Part shown: piece by piece, positions 1 to 9,070 of the stretch
Layout of the letters: each line of letters begins with the position of its first letter
Position numbering within the stretch: the stretch's first letter is position 1
Sequence record: SRR31156797_6322
Strand: one strand, 5' to 3'
DNA length: 46,230 nucleotides
Program-made: the position numbers and the translations under genes
Notes under the pieces: generated by a model
Seen by the model: only the letters and a program-made list of their open reading frames with translations
Database searches by the model: none
What the model was told of the DNA's origin: nothing

Positions 1-50
1 ACGTCTTCGAACCTTTTTGGACACCCTCTTCCGCGCTTAAGAATCTTTTT

Positions 51-1328
51 TTATCTCCAAAAAATATTCTCAGGCTTCCATTTATCTTTTGGCAAATCCT
101 CTCCTGTTGGATAACCAATTGGAATTACATTGAGGGGAATATGATTCTCAGGCAAATTAAGTGTTTGGGTAACTGCTTTTGTTCTGTCATCATAAGGATA
201 TGAAGCTGTCCAGACAGCTCCTAAACCTATACTTTCAGCTGCAAGCAATATATTTTCAGTAGCTGCCGAGCAATCTTGCACCCAGTAACCTTTGTCTGCC
301 AAATTACCTGCCTTTTCCATGTCGCCACATACAACAATTGCTGTTTGTGCCTGAAAAAGCATTTTTGCATAGGGTAATTGCTCAGCCAAGGAATCCAGCT
401 TTTCACGCTGAGTAACCACATAGAATACCCATGGTTGCCTATTGGCTGCTGTAGGTGCTGCCATTCCGGCTTTTAATAAAGTTTCAATCTGTTCTTTCGA
501 GACAGGTTGATCCGTAAAGTGGCGTACACTTTTTCTATTATGTATCACACGCAAAGCATCATTAGCATAAACTTTACTATAATCCGTAACAAACGGTTGG
601 CCATCTATTTCATCTATCGATTCTCCCACTTTGGCCAAAAACCTTCCTGTTTCATAATAATTTCCGCCACCATATACTACTGGTTTTAGCAAGTTTACAT
701 CAATACGATCATCAGCTTTTAAAATGGCCTCATCGACTTTTACATCTATCACCTTACCTATAAACTGTCTATGTGAACCAAGGTCATGATATTCTGTTAG
801 TTCACATTCAATTACAATAGGGAATTCTTTTACGTATGGGGCATTTACAAGATTACTTTTAATGGGTGTAAGTCCGGTTTCTTTAAATTTATCCACATCT
901 TTCCCCGACAATCGCCCTGCATAATCCACATATTTAATTAATTCAGAGGAAGGAATATTCACCGTAAATGCTTTTGAGTGGGTTACATTACCATATGAGT
1001 ACGTTGCCGGACGCATGGAAACGGCTATGCTAAGTGGATCTGAATTGCAAACACCTGTCCATGCAGCAGTCATAATGTTAGGTTTACCTTCCTTATCATA
1101 AGAACCTATAACTAACGCTGGTTTTGGGTAAATGGCACTTCTAATTCCTAATGATTTCTTTTTGAATGGAACTAAGGCAGAATCTTGTTTTATATCAATA
1201 GAAGCATTTGTTGATGCGACTTCTTTTGTTTTCTTTTTGGGGCTATCATCATTATTTTGCATTAATTGAATTACCAATGCCAAAACAGCAATTGCCAGAA
1301 CGATATTTAAAAATTTAGATTTATTCAT
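51..1328 (-). CDS. Membrane-anchored flavin reductase-like (flavoredoxin) + nitroreductase fusion protein
   Basis: N-terminal hydrophobic helix (FLNIVLAIAVLALVIQLM). Flavin reductase-like domain (YPKPALVIGSYD..PNIMTAAW, FTVNIP, ECEL..LGSHRQFIG). Nitroreductase domain (IHNRKSVRHF, AAPTAANRQPW, QDCSAATENILLAAESIGLGAVW, IPIGYP). Confidence 0.85.
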   Translation of the reverse strand: MNKSKFLNIVLAIAVLALVIQLMQNNDDSPKKKTKEVASTNASIDIKQDSALVPFKKKSLGIRSAIYPKPALVIGSYDKEGKPNIMTAAWTGVCNSDPLSIAVSMRPATYSYGNVTHSKAFTVNIPSSELIKYVDYAGRLSGKDVDKFKETGLTPIKSNLVNAPYVKEFPIVIECELTEYHDLGSHRQFIGKVIDVKVDEAILKADDRIDVNLLKPVVYGGGNYYETGRFLAKVGESIDEIDGQPFVTDYSKVYANDALRVIHNRKSVRHFTDQPVSKEQIETLLKAGMAAPTAANRQPWVFYVVTQREKLDSLAEQLPYAKMLFQAQTAIVVCGDMEKAGNLADKGYWVQDCSAATENILLAAESIGLGAVWTASYPYDDRTKAVTQTLNLPENHIPLNVIPIGYPTGEDLPKDKWKPENIFWR

Positions 1329-1348
1329 TGTCCTAATAAATTAAGATT

Positions 1349-2494
1349 CTAATTCTTAGATTTTTGATATGATATGGTATCTAGTAAACAACCTGTCGGG
1401 CACACTGAACACCATGGTTTTGTGAAAAATAAAGACAGAAGTATCACAATAATCCCAAATATAATAAATGCAATACCTACAACTCTAGATGAGAAAAACA
1501 TAAACGGTTCAGCATAAGACAACTCTGGAGAAAATCCCAATAGCAATGCTCCAGCAATAAGTATTAGGTATACTTCCCTCAAACTTAATCCTTTAAATTT
1601 GACTGGAAGAGGTCTTTTTTTAAAGGGCGTAAAACGATTAACCAATTCTTGCAATGCGCCCATCGGGCAGAGATAGTTACAATAAAACTTCCGTTTACCA
1701 ATAAATGAAACAAATAGTGCTAGAATGAAAATTACTATACTTTGCCAATTAACCCGCCAATTAAATCCGTCTTTTAGCCAACCACTTAACAAGTGAACTG
1801 ATAATGCATTATTTAGGATTAATCCCATTATTATGAGTACTAAAAGCATATAAATAGAGCGGAATCTGGTCAGTCCTTTCTTAAAGGCCAAAACCAAAGA
1901 CAAAAGTAATAAGACTAAAAAAGAAATATCTTTTGAAATGGACCAAAAATTCGTATTTGCAGCTATTGAAATATCTGATTTCATTATTGTAGCAGCAGTA
2001 TGCCTAATACCCGCTATAACAGCTTGACTTGTATGGGTAGCACCAGAAATTGCATCTACTTTAAGCTGCATGGCTTCTTCTAATTTAACCCCGGACCATT
2101 GTCCAATAAATTTCTCCTCATAAACAGCTCTCACATAATCAATAGTCTCATTATTAGGTAGTAACGAGACTTTATTTATAACTAAATCATCAGTAATTCC
2201 AATTAATACCGGTACTAAGCCACCATATCCAAATTGCTTAGAATAATTTGTGGAAAGTAGAGCCGAACCTATTTTATTACCCCTATTATTAAAAATATCA
2301 TATACGCCATTCCCATTTATGTCAAAGTTAAAAGCTTCAGGATAAATCAACCTAATATCTTCTAGCGTAACAGAGATATTAACCTCATCTTTTTGAAACA
2401 AGAAATCCCTACCTCCTCTGTAAGCAATAGCTGCTAAAATGAGGATAATTAAAGTATATTGATAAAGTGTGGTTTGAATTTGCTGTTTATGCAT
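1349..2494 (-). CDS. FMN-binding (flavinylation) domain + 4Fe-4S-binding membrane protein (NosR/PceC/NapH-like)
   Basis: N-terminal TM helix; FMN_bind domain (GYGGLVPVLIGI, NETIDY, DAISGATHTS flavinylation motif); several TM helices; CNYLCPMGALQE and WCSVCPTG cysteine motifs. Confidence 0.85.
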   Translation of the reverse strand: MHKQQIQTTLYQYTLIILILAAIAYRGGRDFLFQKDEVNISVTLEDIRLIYPEAFNFDINGNGVYDIFNNRGNKIGSALLSTNYSKQFGYGGLVPVLIGITDDLVINKVSLLPNNETIDYVRAVYEEKFIGQWSGVKLEEAMQLKVDAISGATHTSQAVIAGIRHTAATIMKSDISIAANTNFWSISKDISFLVLLLLSLVLAFKKGLTRFRSIYMLLVLIIMGLILNNALSVHLLSGWLKDGFNWRVNWQSIVIFILALFVSFIGKRKFYCNYLCPMGALQELVNRFTPFKKRPLPVKFKGLSLREVYLILIAGALLLGFSPELSYAEPFMFFSSRVVGIAFIIFGIIVILLSLFFTKPWCSVCPTGCLLDTISYQKSKN

Positions 2495-2546
2495 TAATGG
2501 TATTCTATTTTTCGAAGCAAAGCTTACTTAATAATAATTGTAAACT

Positions 2547-2583
2547 AACACTAAAGGCAGGATTTTCTCCTGCCTTTAGTGTT
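2547..2583 (-). terminator. Intrinsic terminator-like hairpin after the 84-aa gene
   Basis: Perfect 16-bp stem AACACTAAAGGCAGGA / TCCTGCCTTTAGTGTT with a 5-nt loop, just past the stop of 2608..2862(-). Confidence 0.75.
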
Positions 2584-2607
2584 TCTTTTAATTAGATAAT
2601 ACAATAC

Positions 2608-2862
2608 TTAAGACTTAGATTCTTCAATAATTTCGTAAGCTAAATCTAGAATAGTAGTATCATCAAGTAAAACGACTCCTCCATCAGGCCCGGGCCCCAT
2701 GTGTAAACCAACAGATTCTCCCTCTTCCCATTTGGTTCCACCAAAATAATTTCTTACGGTGTCCGGTTTAATATCCAACTTCTCAGCAATTACTGACATT
2801 GTCCCATCAGGCAAAGCATCTTTAACTCTCCTGAGTTCGTTAAATGTGATCGTTTTTTGCAT
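2608..2862 (-). CDS. Small conserved Bacteroidota putative DNA-binding (HTH-like) protein
   Basis: TITFNELRRVKDALP..IAEKLDIKPDTVRNYFGG..GPDGG pattern recognised as a conserved Bacteroidota small protein; IAEKL-x4-TVRNY resembles an HTH. Confidence 0.7.
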   Translation of the reverse strand: MQKTITFNELRRVKDALPDGTMSVIAEKLDIKPDTVRNYFGGTKWEEGESVGLHMGPGPDGGVVLLDDTTILDLAYEIIEESKS

Positions 2863-2954
2863 ATCTCTTACTTTTTAAGATTGAATTTTAGAGAACGATA
2901 AATATACAAAATTCGTACAAAAAAAAACGTTATTTCTGGTAGACTAATTTTAGA

Positions 2955-5348
2955 TTATTCAATGATAATTTTCTTCTGAACTGATAATTGATTACTTGAT
3001 AAGAAATATACGCCCGGAGATAAATTAACTTGAATTTGCTGAGTCGAACCAGACTCCAAATTAAGCATGAATTGATCCACAACCTTTCCTGAAATGTCGG
3101 TCAAGTTAACAATGCCGTCCATTTGCAATCTACTGCTGTTTTGAATATAAAATTCATCTTTAATTGGATTAGGATAAATCTCAACTGCATTTTGATTTGA
3201 TGCAATTTCTGGATCACCCACCATCATTTCATCTTCCAGTAATTTTTTAAGCAGAGCTTTTGATTCATCTGCCTTAAAATAATAAAGCGGAACACCGCAT
3301 ACGATCATTGATGAATTTGCACTTTCATTTTCGTATTTTATGGCAATTGGTTCATTATCAAAATCGTTATCAGGGCTTTCGTCTGCCAAGCTTTGGAATG
3401 TTGCAATAACAGAAGCATTTTCGTTTTCAACAATAGCGTCCACTTCTGGCAATGACCCATAAAAGAAAGGGAATAACTTATCCGGATCTAAATCTGCTGT
3501 TAGTCCTGAAGTGTGCATTATCTGCTTTAATCGGGCGCCATCATTCACCATTAAGGACTGCATACCTAAATTATATCCCCATGTATCTACATCAAAATCA
3601 GTTTCAGTACTATTGACTGCACCTAAATGTATATTTGGCTTATTGGCAAACAACAGTACCTTACCTCCATTTTCAATATAGCTTTGTACTAAATCTTTAT
3701 GCTGATAGAAAAGCGAATTATCATCTGCAAATGTATTCCAAACTACAACTTCCACGTTTTGCAAAATCGGAATATATACTTCCTCAGACTCTACTTCAAA
3801 TAGATGATATTCTTTCAATGGTAAAATGCCCTCATAAAAGCTCAAGACATCTTGATGATCTGGATTCATGTATCCACCCAAACCGCCAGATACGACCATA
3901 ATATCATCTTTAACTTCTGTTGAATAAACTGCAATAAAAGTAGGATCTGACACTAAACCATCAGTGTCTTTCAATTTCAACTGATAATCCCAAATGCCAG
4001 CTTCATGATTTATTATTTCAATACTACCATCAGTCACATCTACTTCATCATAAGCCACGAAATCAATATCTTCTTTTCGCTTTCTTTCAACTACTATACT
4101 TGTGGCATCAAGAGGTAAAATATCACTCCATTGTATCGTGATATCTTTCAAATTCATATTTGAATATGCAACCAGCGGAGCAGGTGTTTCATTAAGCTGT
4201 AAACATTGGTTTGTCTTTTGACCTGTAATCCCTGCGGCATCTTTACAAAACAAATACACACAAACCTCCTCATTAGCAGACAGATTATTAACGTATAAAC
4301 TATCTTCTGTTGTTTCAATTGTTTGTACTAGTGCATTATTTTGATATACATCGACTACATAACTATCAGCATCAGGATTTTCCGACCACTTTAGTATAAA
4401 GTCATCTCCAGCACCGGCATTTACTAAGTATTCTATTTCTGGCGCAGGCATAATATTTGCTTCATGATACATCGCTACAGCAATACCTTTTACAACTTCT
4501 GTCATAAAATCCATTTCCATGTACTCAAGACGATCGTCATCGCTATGGTAGTATTGCGTAAAATTATATTCTCGAAAATAAAATATAGGAACGCTTGCAT
4601 AAAGAAAATTATAGTGATCTGAACCACCTGTTACGTTTGAATAAACCGGTTCTATATTTGCATAGAGCTCTGCTGTTTCTGCAAGATATCCTTTTTGCCC
4701 GGTATACTCGTAAACAATTTTACTGTTATCCTCATTACTATTCCCAATCATATCCAGGTTAAAATAAAAAGTAGGCAGACTATTTAAATCAGTATGCTTC
4801 ACCACATAATACTCACTCCCAAAAAGTCCAAATTCCTCTGCAGCCCATGTGGCATAATGGATTGGCACTTTATTATCCTGCCCGTAGAGCTTCATAAGAC
4901 GAGCTGTTTCTAAGACTCCCGCAACTCCCGATGCATTATCATCAGCCCCTGGAGTTGAATCCATTGGCGTAGTATAAGTTATGGCATCATGATGCGCTCC
5001 TATCAATAAGTAATCGTCTGTTTCGTAAGCACTGTCGCTTCTGCATATTACATTGTACTGAATGTAATCATTTCCACCATAGTGCATGATAAATGAATCA
5101 AGAATAACATCCTGGTAGCCAAATGATTCAAACTTATGCTTTATCCAAAGTGCCACATCTTTTCTATTATCGGCTAAAGCATAACGAGTACCCAAATTCT
5201 GGAGATCCAAAACATAGCTGGTAAGGCTATCCTGGTTTACCTCATCGGCAATATCCGTAAAGATATTTTTAGGATTTTCTTGTGCATTGAGGCTTTGCAC
5301 AGAACAAAATAAAAAGCTTGTGAGTAACAAAAATAAAATAGTCTTCAT
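2955..5348 (-). CDS. M28 family metallopeptidase with T9SS C-terminal sorting domain (paralog A)
   Basis: Signal peptide; M28 Zn motifs GAHHD, PGADDNASG, AEE, NLDM, SDH, YHS; Fn3-like middle region; CTD (IYPNP..GVYF..KKIIIE). Confidence 0.88.
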   Translation of the reverse strand: MKTILFLLLTSFLFCSVQSLNAQENPKNIFTDIADEVNQDSLTSYVLDLQNLGTRYALADNRKDVALWIKHKFESFGYQDVILDSFIMHYGGNDYIQYNVICRSDSAYETDDYLLIGAHHDAITYTTPMDSTPGADDNASGVAGVLETARLMKLYGQDNKVPIHYATWAAEEFGLFGSEYYVVKHTDLNSLPTFYFNLDMIGNSNEDNSKIVYEYTGQKGYLAETAELYANIEPVYSNVTGGSDHYNFLYASVPIFYFREYNFTQYYHSDDDRLEYMEMDFMTEVVKGIAVAMYHEANIMPAPEIEYLVNAGAGDDFILKWSENPDADSYVVDVYQNNALVQTIETTEDSLYVNNLSANEEVCVYLFCKDAAGITGQKTNQCLQLNETPAPLVAYSNMNLKDITIQWSDILPLDATSIVVERKRKEDIDFVAYDEVDVTDGSIEIINHEAGIWDYQLKLKDTDGLVSDPTFIAVYSTEVKDDIMVVSGGLGGYMNPDHQDVLSFYEGILPLKEYHLFEVESEEVYIPILQNVEVVVWNTFADDNSLFYQHKDLVQSYIENGGKVLLFANKPNIHLGAVNSTETDFDVDTWGYNLGMQSLMVNDGARLKQIMHTSGLTADLDPDKLFPFFYGSLPEVDAIVENENASVIATFQSLADESPDNDFDNEPIAIKYENESANSSMIVCGVPLYYFKADESKALLKKLLEDEMMVGDPEIASNQNAVEIYPNPIKDEFYIQNSSRLQMDGIVNLTDISGKVVDQFMLNLESGSTQQIQVNLSPGVYFLSSNQLSVQKKIIIE

Positions 5349-5601
5349 AGTAGGTAGTTTAAGTAAAAAAATAGCTGTAAGAAGTATAAAACTAATTAAA
5401 AATATTGTGAAAGGTAGTATTTTATTTTTTTCAAAAGAAAAGTGTACGCTTTCAAAGAAGTATAATTAGATTTTCATCTACTTTTGACCCTCACCCCAAA
5501 GGAGGCGACCACCTAAATTCCTGACTACTAGCACACTAGCAGACGCGGCCATTAATTTGATTTTCAATTTGAACTAATAATTAGAATTGAAATTGCAAAA
5601 T

Positions 5602-7986
5602 CTACTCAACAATAAGCTTCTTTTTTATAGTGTTTTGAGTGTTTGAGAGAAAATATACACCAGGTAATAAATCAACATTTATCTCACTCACATCGCCTGA
5701 TTCAATATCTAATTGAAATTGATTAACTACGCGTCCTGATATATCAGTAATCAAGAACAACCCACTTAACCTATCTCTCATTTGATTTTTGATATGAATA
5801 GTATTTTCTATTGGATTCGGATAAACTTCAATTTGATTATCTACCAAGGTTGGATTTACGTTACCAACCATCATTTCATCTTCCATCAGTTTTTTAAGTA
5901 ATACCTTCGCCTCATCTTCTTTAAAATAGTATAATGGAACACCACAAATTAAAAAGCTGGAATTTTCATCTTCATATTTAATCGCAATGGTTTCATCATC
6001 AAAATTATTGATAGGACTATCATTTGAAAGACTTTGATAAGTTAGTACAACAGATGCATTTTCATTCTCTATTAATGCATCAATATTTGGCAATGAGCCA
6101 TTAAAACTAGCGGATAACTTATCCGGGTCTACATCTGCACTGATACCTGAACTATGTAAAATTTGTTTTAATCGAGCTCCATCATTCAACAATATATCAC
6201 CAATTCCATAACTATAAACAAGGGATTGACTATTAAATGGAATACCTTCCGGATGGTTTGGTTCTATATGTAACTGTGGGTTTTTACCAAAAAATATTAC
6301 TTTACCACCATTACTTAAATAAGCCTTTATTATATCAAAATTTTCATAAAATTCTGAGTAGTTTGAAGAAAATGCATTCCAAATAAGTACTTCCATGTTA
6401 TTCATTATTGGCAAGTAGTTCTTATCTATTGTTGCCGAGAAAAGATAATAATCCTTTAAAGGCATAATATCTTCATAAAAACCTAAAACATCGCTGTGCG
6501 TTGGGTTTCCATAACCACCCAATTGTCCTGAAACAATCATAACATCATCTTTTACTTCAGAAGAGAAAACAACTGTTTGTGAAGGATCTGAAACTAATCC
6601 ATCATTATCTTTCAATGATAATTGATATTCCCAAATGCCTGTTTCGTGGTTCGGGATTTCAATTTTTCCTTCATCCGCATCAACCTCATTATAAAAGCTA
6701 AACTCCGACTCATCTCTTTGTTTTCTTTCAATGGTAACAGTTGATGCATCAAGTGGTAACACATCTTCCCAATCAATCTCAATATAGTTCAATTCCATAG
6801 TTGAGCTTACTGCTAAAGGATCCGGAGTTTCAGATAAATCAATGCACCGGCGCATTCTAAACCCACCTAATCCATTTTCATCCATGCTATATAGCTCATA
6901 GCAAACATTCTCATTGGCCGGCAAACCACTGATATAAAGGCTATCACCCGCTGTTTCCTGTGTTAGGATCAATTCATCATTATGGAAAATATCAACAAAA
7001 TAAGAAACTGCTCCTTCTTGGAGCTCCCATGTTATTAATAAGTCATCACCATTACCTCCATTAATAGCTTGTCTAATTTCAACCAAAGGATTTGCATTGG
7101 CCCCAAAATAGTATGCTGCAGCAGTACCTTTCACAACCTCCAAAGCATAATCCATTTCAAGATATTCAAGTCTGTCATTCACGCTATGATAATGTTCAGA
7201 AAAATCACTTTCAATAAAGAACAAGATAGGAACCCCCTCTGCATTAAATGGCATATGATCAGACCCACCACTAATAGGATCATTTATTGGGACAAGTTCC
7301 GAATACGCTGTAGCAATATCCAATACATAATTAATTCCTCCGGTCACAGTTGCATTAACTTCTCTGTTTCCGTTGGTACTATTAGCAATCATATCCAAAT
7401 TAAAATAAAACAATGGCAAATCATCAGTTTGAATATATTTATCAACATAGAATTCACTTCCCAGCAAACCTAGTTCTTCAGCAGCCCAGGTGGCATAATG
7501 AAAAGGTATTTTTGTGTTTTGTCCATGCAGTTTCATCACCCTGGCAATTTCCAATACTCCAGCGACCCCAGATGCATTGTCATCGGCGCCCGGAGTTGAA
7601 TCCATGGGTGAACTGGAAATAGCATCATGATGCGCTCCCAGCAAAACATAATCATCATGGTCGTAAATACTATCACTTCTACAAATAACATTGTATTGCA
7701 TTACGGAACTTCCATATTGATTCAACAAAAAAGAATCCAACACAACATCCTGGTATCCAAACGATTCAAACTTCTGTTTAATCCAAAGTGCTACCTCCTT
7801 AGTATTATCAGCTAAAGCATAGCGCGTTCCCATATTTTGCATGGATAAAATGTAGCTTGATAAGCTATCCTGATTTAGTTCCGCTGTTATATCTTCAAGA
7901 ATTTCGACAGTTTTTTGCTGTGCATTGGAAAAATGTGAAAATCCCAACAGCGTTAGCATAACGAGTAGTGGGTATAAAAATTTCAT
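5602..7986 (-). CDS. M28 family metallopeptidase with T9SS C-terminal sorting domain (paralog B)
   Basis: Same motifs and architecture as 2955..5348. Start moved from 8106 to ATG 7986 (MKFLYPLLVMLTLLGFSHFSNAQ, a signal peptide), because the longer ORF overlaps the promoter of the divergent PNP gene. Confidence 0.88.
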   Translation of the reverse strand: MKFLYPLLVMLTLLGFSHFSNAQQKTVEILEDITAELNQDSLSSYILSMQNMGTRYALADNTKEVALWIKQKFESFGYQDVVLDSFLLNQYGSSVMQYNVICRSDSIYDHDDYVLLGAHHDAISSSPMDSTPGADDNASGVAGVLEIARVMKLHGQNTKIPFHYATWAAEELGLLGSEFYVDKYIQTDDLPLFYFNLDMIANSTNGNREVNATVTGGINYVLDIATAYSELVPINDPISGGSDHMPFNAEGVPILFFIESDFSEHYHSVNDRLEYLEMDYALEVVKGTAAAYYFGANANPLVEIRQAINGGNGDDLLITWELQEGAVSYFVDIFHNDELILTQETAGDSLYISGLPANENVCYELYSMDENGLGGFRMRRCIDLSETPDPLAVSSTMELNYIEIDWEDVLPLDASTVTIERKQRDESEFSFYNEVDADEGKIEIPNHETGIWEYQLSLKDNDGLVSDPSQTVVFSSEVKDDVMIVSGQLGGYGNPTHSDVLGFYEDIMPLKDYYLFSATIDKNYLPIMNNMEVLIWNAFSSNYSEFYENFDIIKAYLSNGGKVIFFGKNPQLHIEPNHPEGIPFNSQSLVYSYGIGDILLNDGARLKQILHSSGISADVDPDKLSASFNGSLPNIDALIENENASVVLTYQSLSNDSPINNFDDETIAIKYEDENSSFLICGVPLYYFKEDEAKVLLKKLMEDEMMVGNVNPTLVDNQIEVYPNPIENTIHIKNQMRDRLSGLFLITDISGRVVNQFQLDIESGDVSEINVDLLPGVYFLSNTQNTIKKKLIVE

Positions 7987-8093
7987 AAGTCTAATATTTG
8001 AGTAACGGGTTAAATATACAAGTATTCCTAATTCTAACGCCTTATTTAGGAAAAAGTTATTTATCAAGGAGTTAAAAAATATCAGAAAACTGA

Positions 8094-8101
8094 TATATTT
8101 G
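8094..8101 (+). promoter_or_regulatory. Bacteroidota sigma-A -7 element (TAnnTTTG)
   Basis: TATATTTG ending 22 nt upstream of the ATG at 8124. Confidence 0.6.
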
Positions 8102-8123
8102 CACAAACTAAAAACAACTAGAT

Positions 8124-8939
8124 ATGATAGAGAAGATTAATCGTGCAGCAGATTACATTAAAAGCCAGATCAATGGAACACCTGAAGTTGGAATTATATT
8201 AGGTAGTGGCCTTGGAAATTTTGGTAACAGAATTGAAAATAGCATAAAAATCCCATACGAAAACATACCTGATTTTCCCGTATCAACTGTTGAAGGTCAT
8301 TCAGGACAATTTATATTTGGAGATTTAGCAGGCAAAAAAGTAATTGCTATGCAAGGTCGTTTCCACTATTACGAAGGATACGAGATGGATCAGGTTACTT
8401 TGCCTGTGCGTGTATTAAAAATGATTGGTGCGCACACTTTATTTGTATCCAATGCAGCAGGTGGTCTAAATCCATCTTTCAACGCAGGAGATATGATGAT
8501 TATTCGTGACCACATCAACTTCTTCCCTCAAAATGCATTAAGAGGTAAAAACTTAGACGATCTTGGACCTCGCTTTCCTGATATGAGTGAGCCATACAGC
8601 CAAAAACTAATCATAGAAGCTGAAAAAATTGCCCAGGCAGAAGGAATTGAAGTGAAAAAAGGTGTGTATGTAGGTAGCAGCGGCCCAACTTTGGAAACTG
8701 CAGCAGAATACAAAATGTTCCGTATTCTTGGAGCTGACGCAACTGGAATGTCAACGGTACCTGAAGTTATCGTAGCTGTACATATGGGAATGAAAGTTTT
8801 TGGAATGTCCGTAATTACTAACGTTTCAGAACCAGCTGATCCCGAAAAAGGAACCACCCACGATGAAGTTCAGGATGTAGCCGGTACGGTTGAACCAAAA
8901 ATGACAAAGATTTTCACTAAAATTATAGAGACTTTATAA
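8124..8939 (+). CDS. punA: Purine-nucleoside phosphorylase (trimeric PNP/XapA type), copy 1
   Basis: GIILGSGLG, STVEGHSG, MQGRFHYYEG, SNAAGG, GPTLET, GMSTVPE, ITN motifs. Confidence 0.93.
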   Translation: MIEKINRAADYIKSQINGTPEVGIILGSGLGNFGNRIENSIKIPYENIPDFPVSTVEGHSGQFIFGDLAGKKVIAMQGRFHYYEGYEMDQVTLPVRVLKMIGAHTLFVSNAAGGLNPSFNAGDMMIIRDHINFFPQNALRGKNLDDLGPRFPDMSEPYSQKLIIEAEKIAQAEGIEVKKGVYVGSSGPTLETAAEYKMFRILGADATGMSTVPEVIVAVHMGMKVFGMSVITNVSEPADPEKGTTHDEVQDVAGTVEPKMTKIFTKIIETL

Positions 8940-8963
8940 AACTTAAATAAAGATTAAGAATTG

Positions 8964-8992
8964 AAATACCATGCATATTTTGCATGGTATTT
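8964..8992 (+). terminator. Terminator-like hairpin after PNP
   Basis: 12-bp perfect stem AAATACCATGCA / TGCATGGTATTT with a 5-nt loop. Confidence 0.6.
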
Positions 8993-9070
8993 GTACTTTC
9001 AGCAGGTGGTGAAAAAACCAAACTCACCAGAAATAAATAGCTGATTAATAACTCATAACAAAATAACAGA

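Noticed and set aside
13-30. CTTTTTGGACACCCTCTT, possibly the right arm of a hairpin or IS-end-like repeat related to the 27189-27224 stem
   Set aside because: The partner arm would lie outside the window, so it cannot be evaluated. It is most simply part of the terminator of the nitroreductase operon.
7987-8106. 40-aa N-terminal extension of M28 paralog B in the ORF track
   Set aside because: It overlaps the divergent PNP promoter, and a clean signal peptide starts at 7986.
8999-9044. Possible structured leader before gpmI (TCAGC/GCTGA and TGGTGA/TCACCA pairings)
   Set aside because: Stems are only 5-6 bp and match no riboswitch I recognise.
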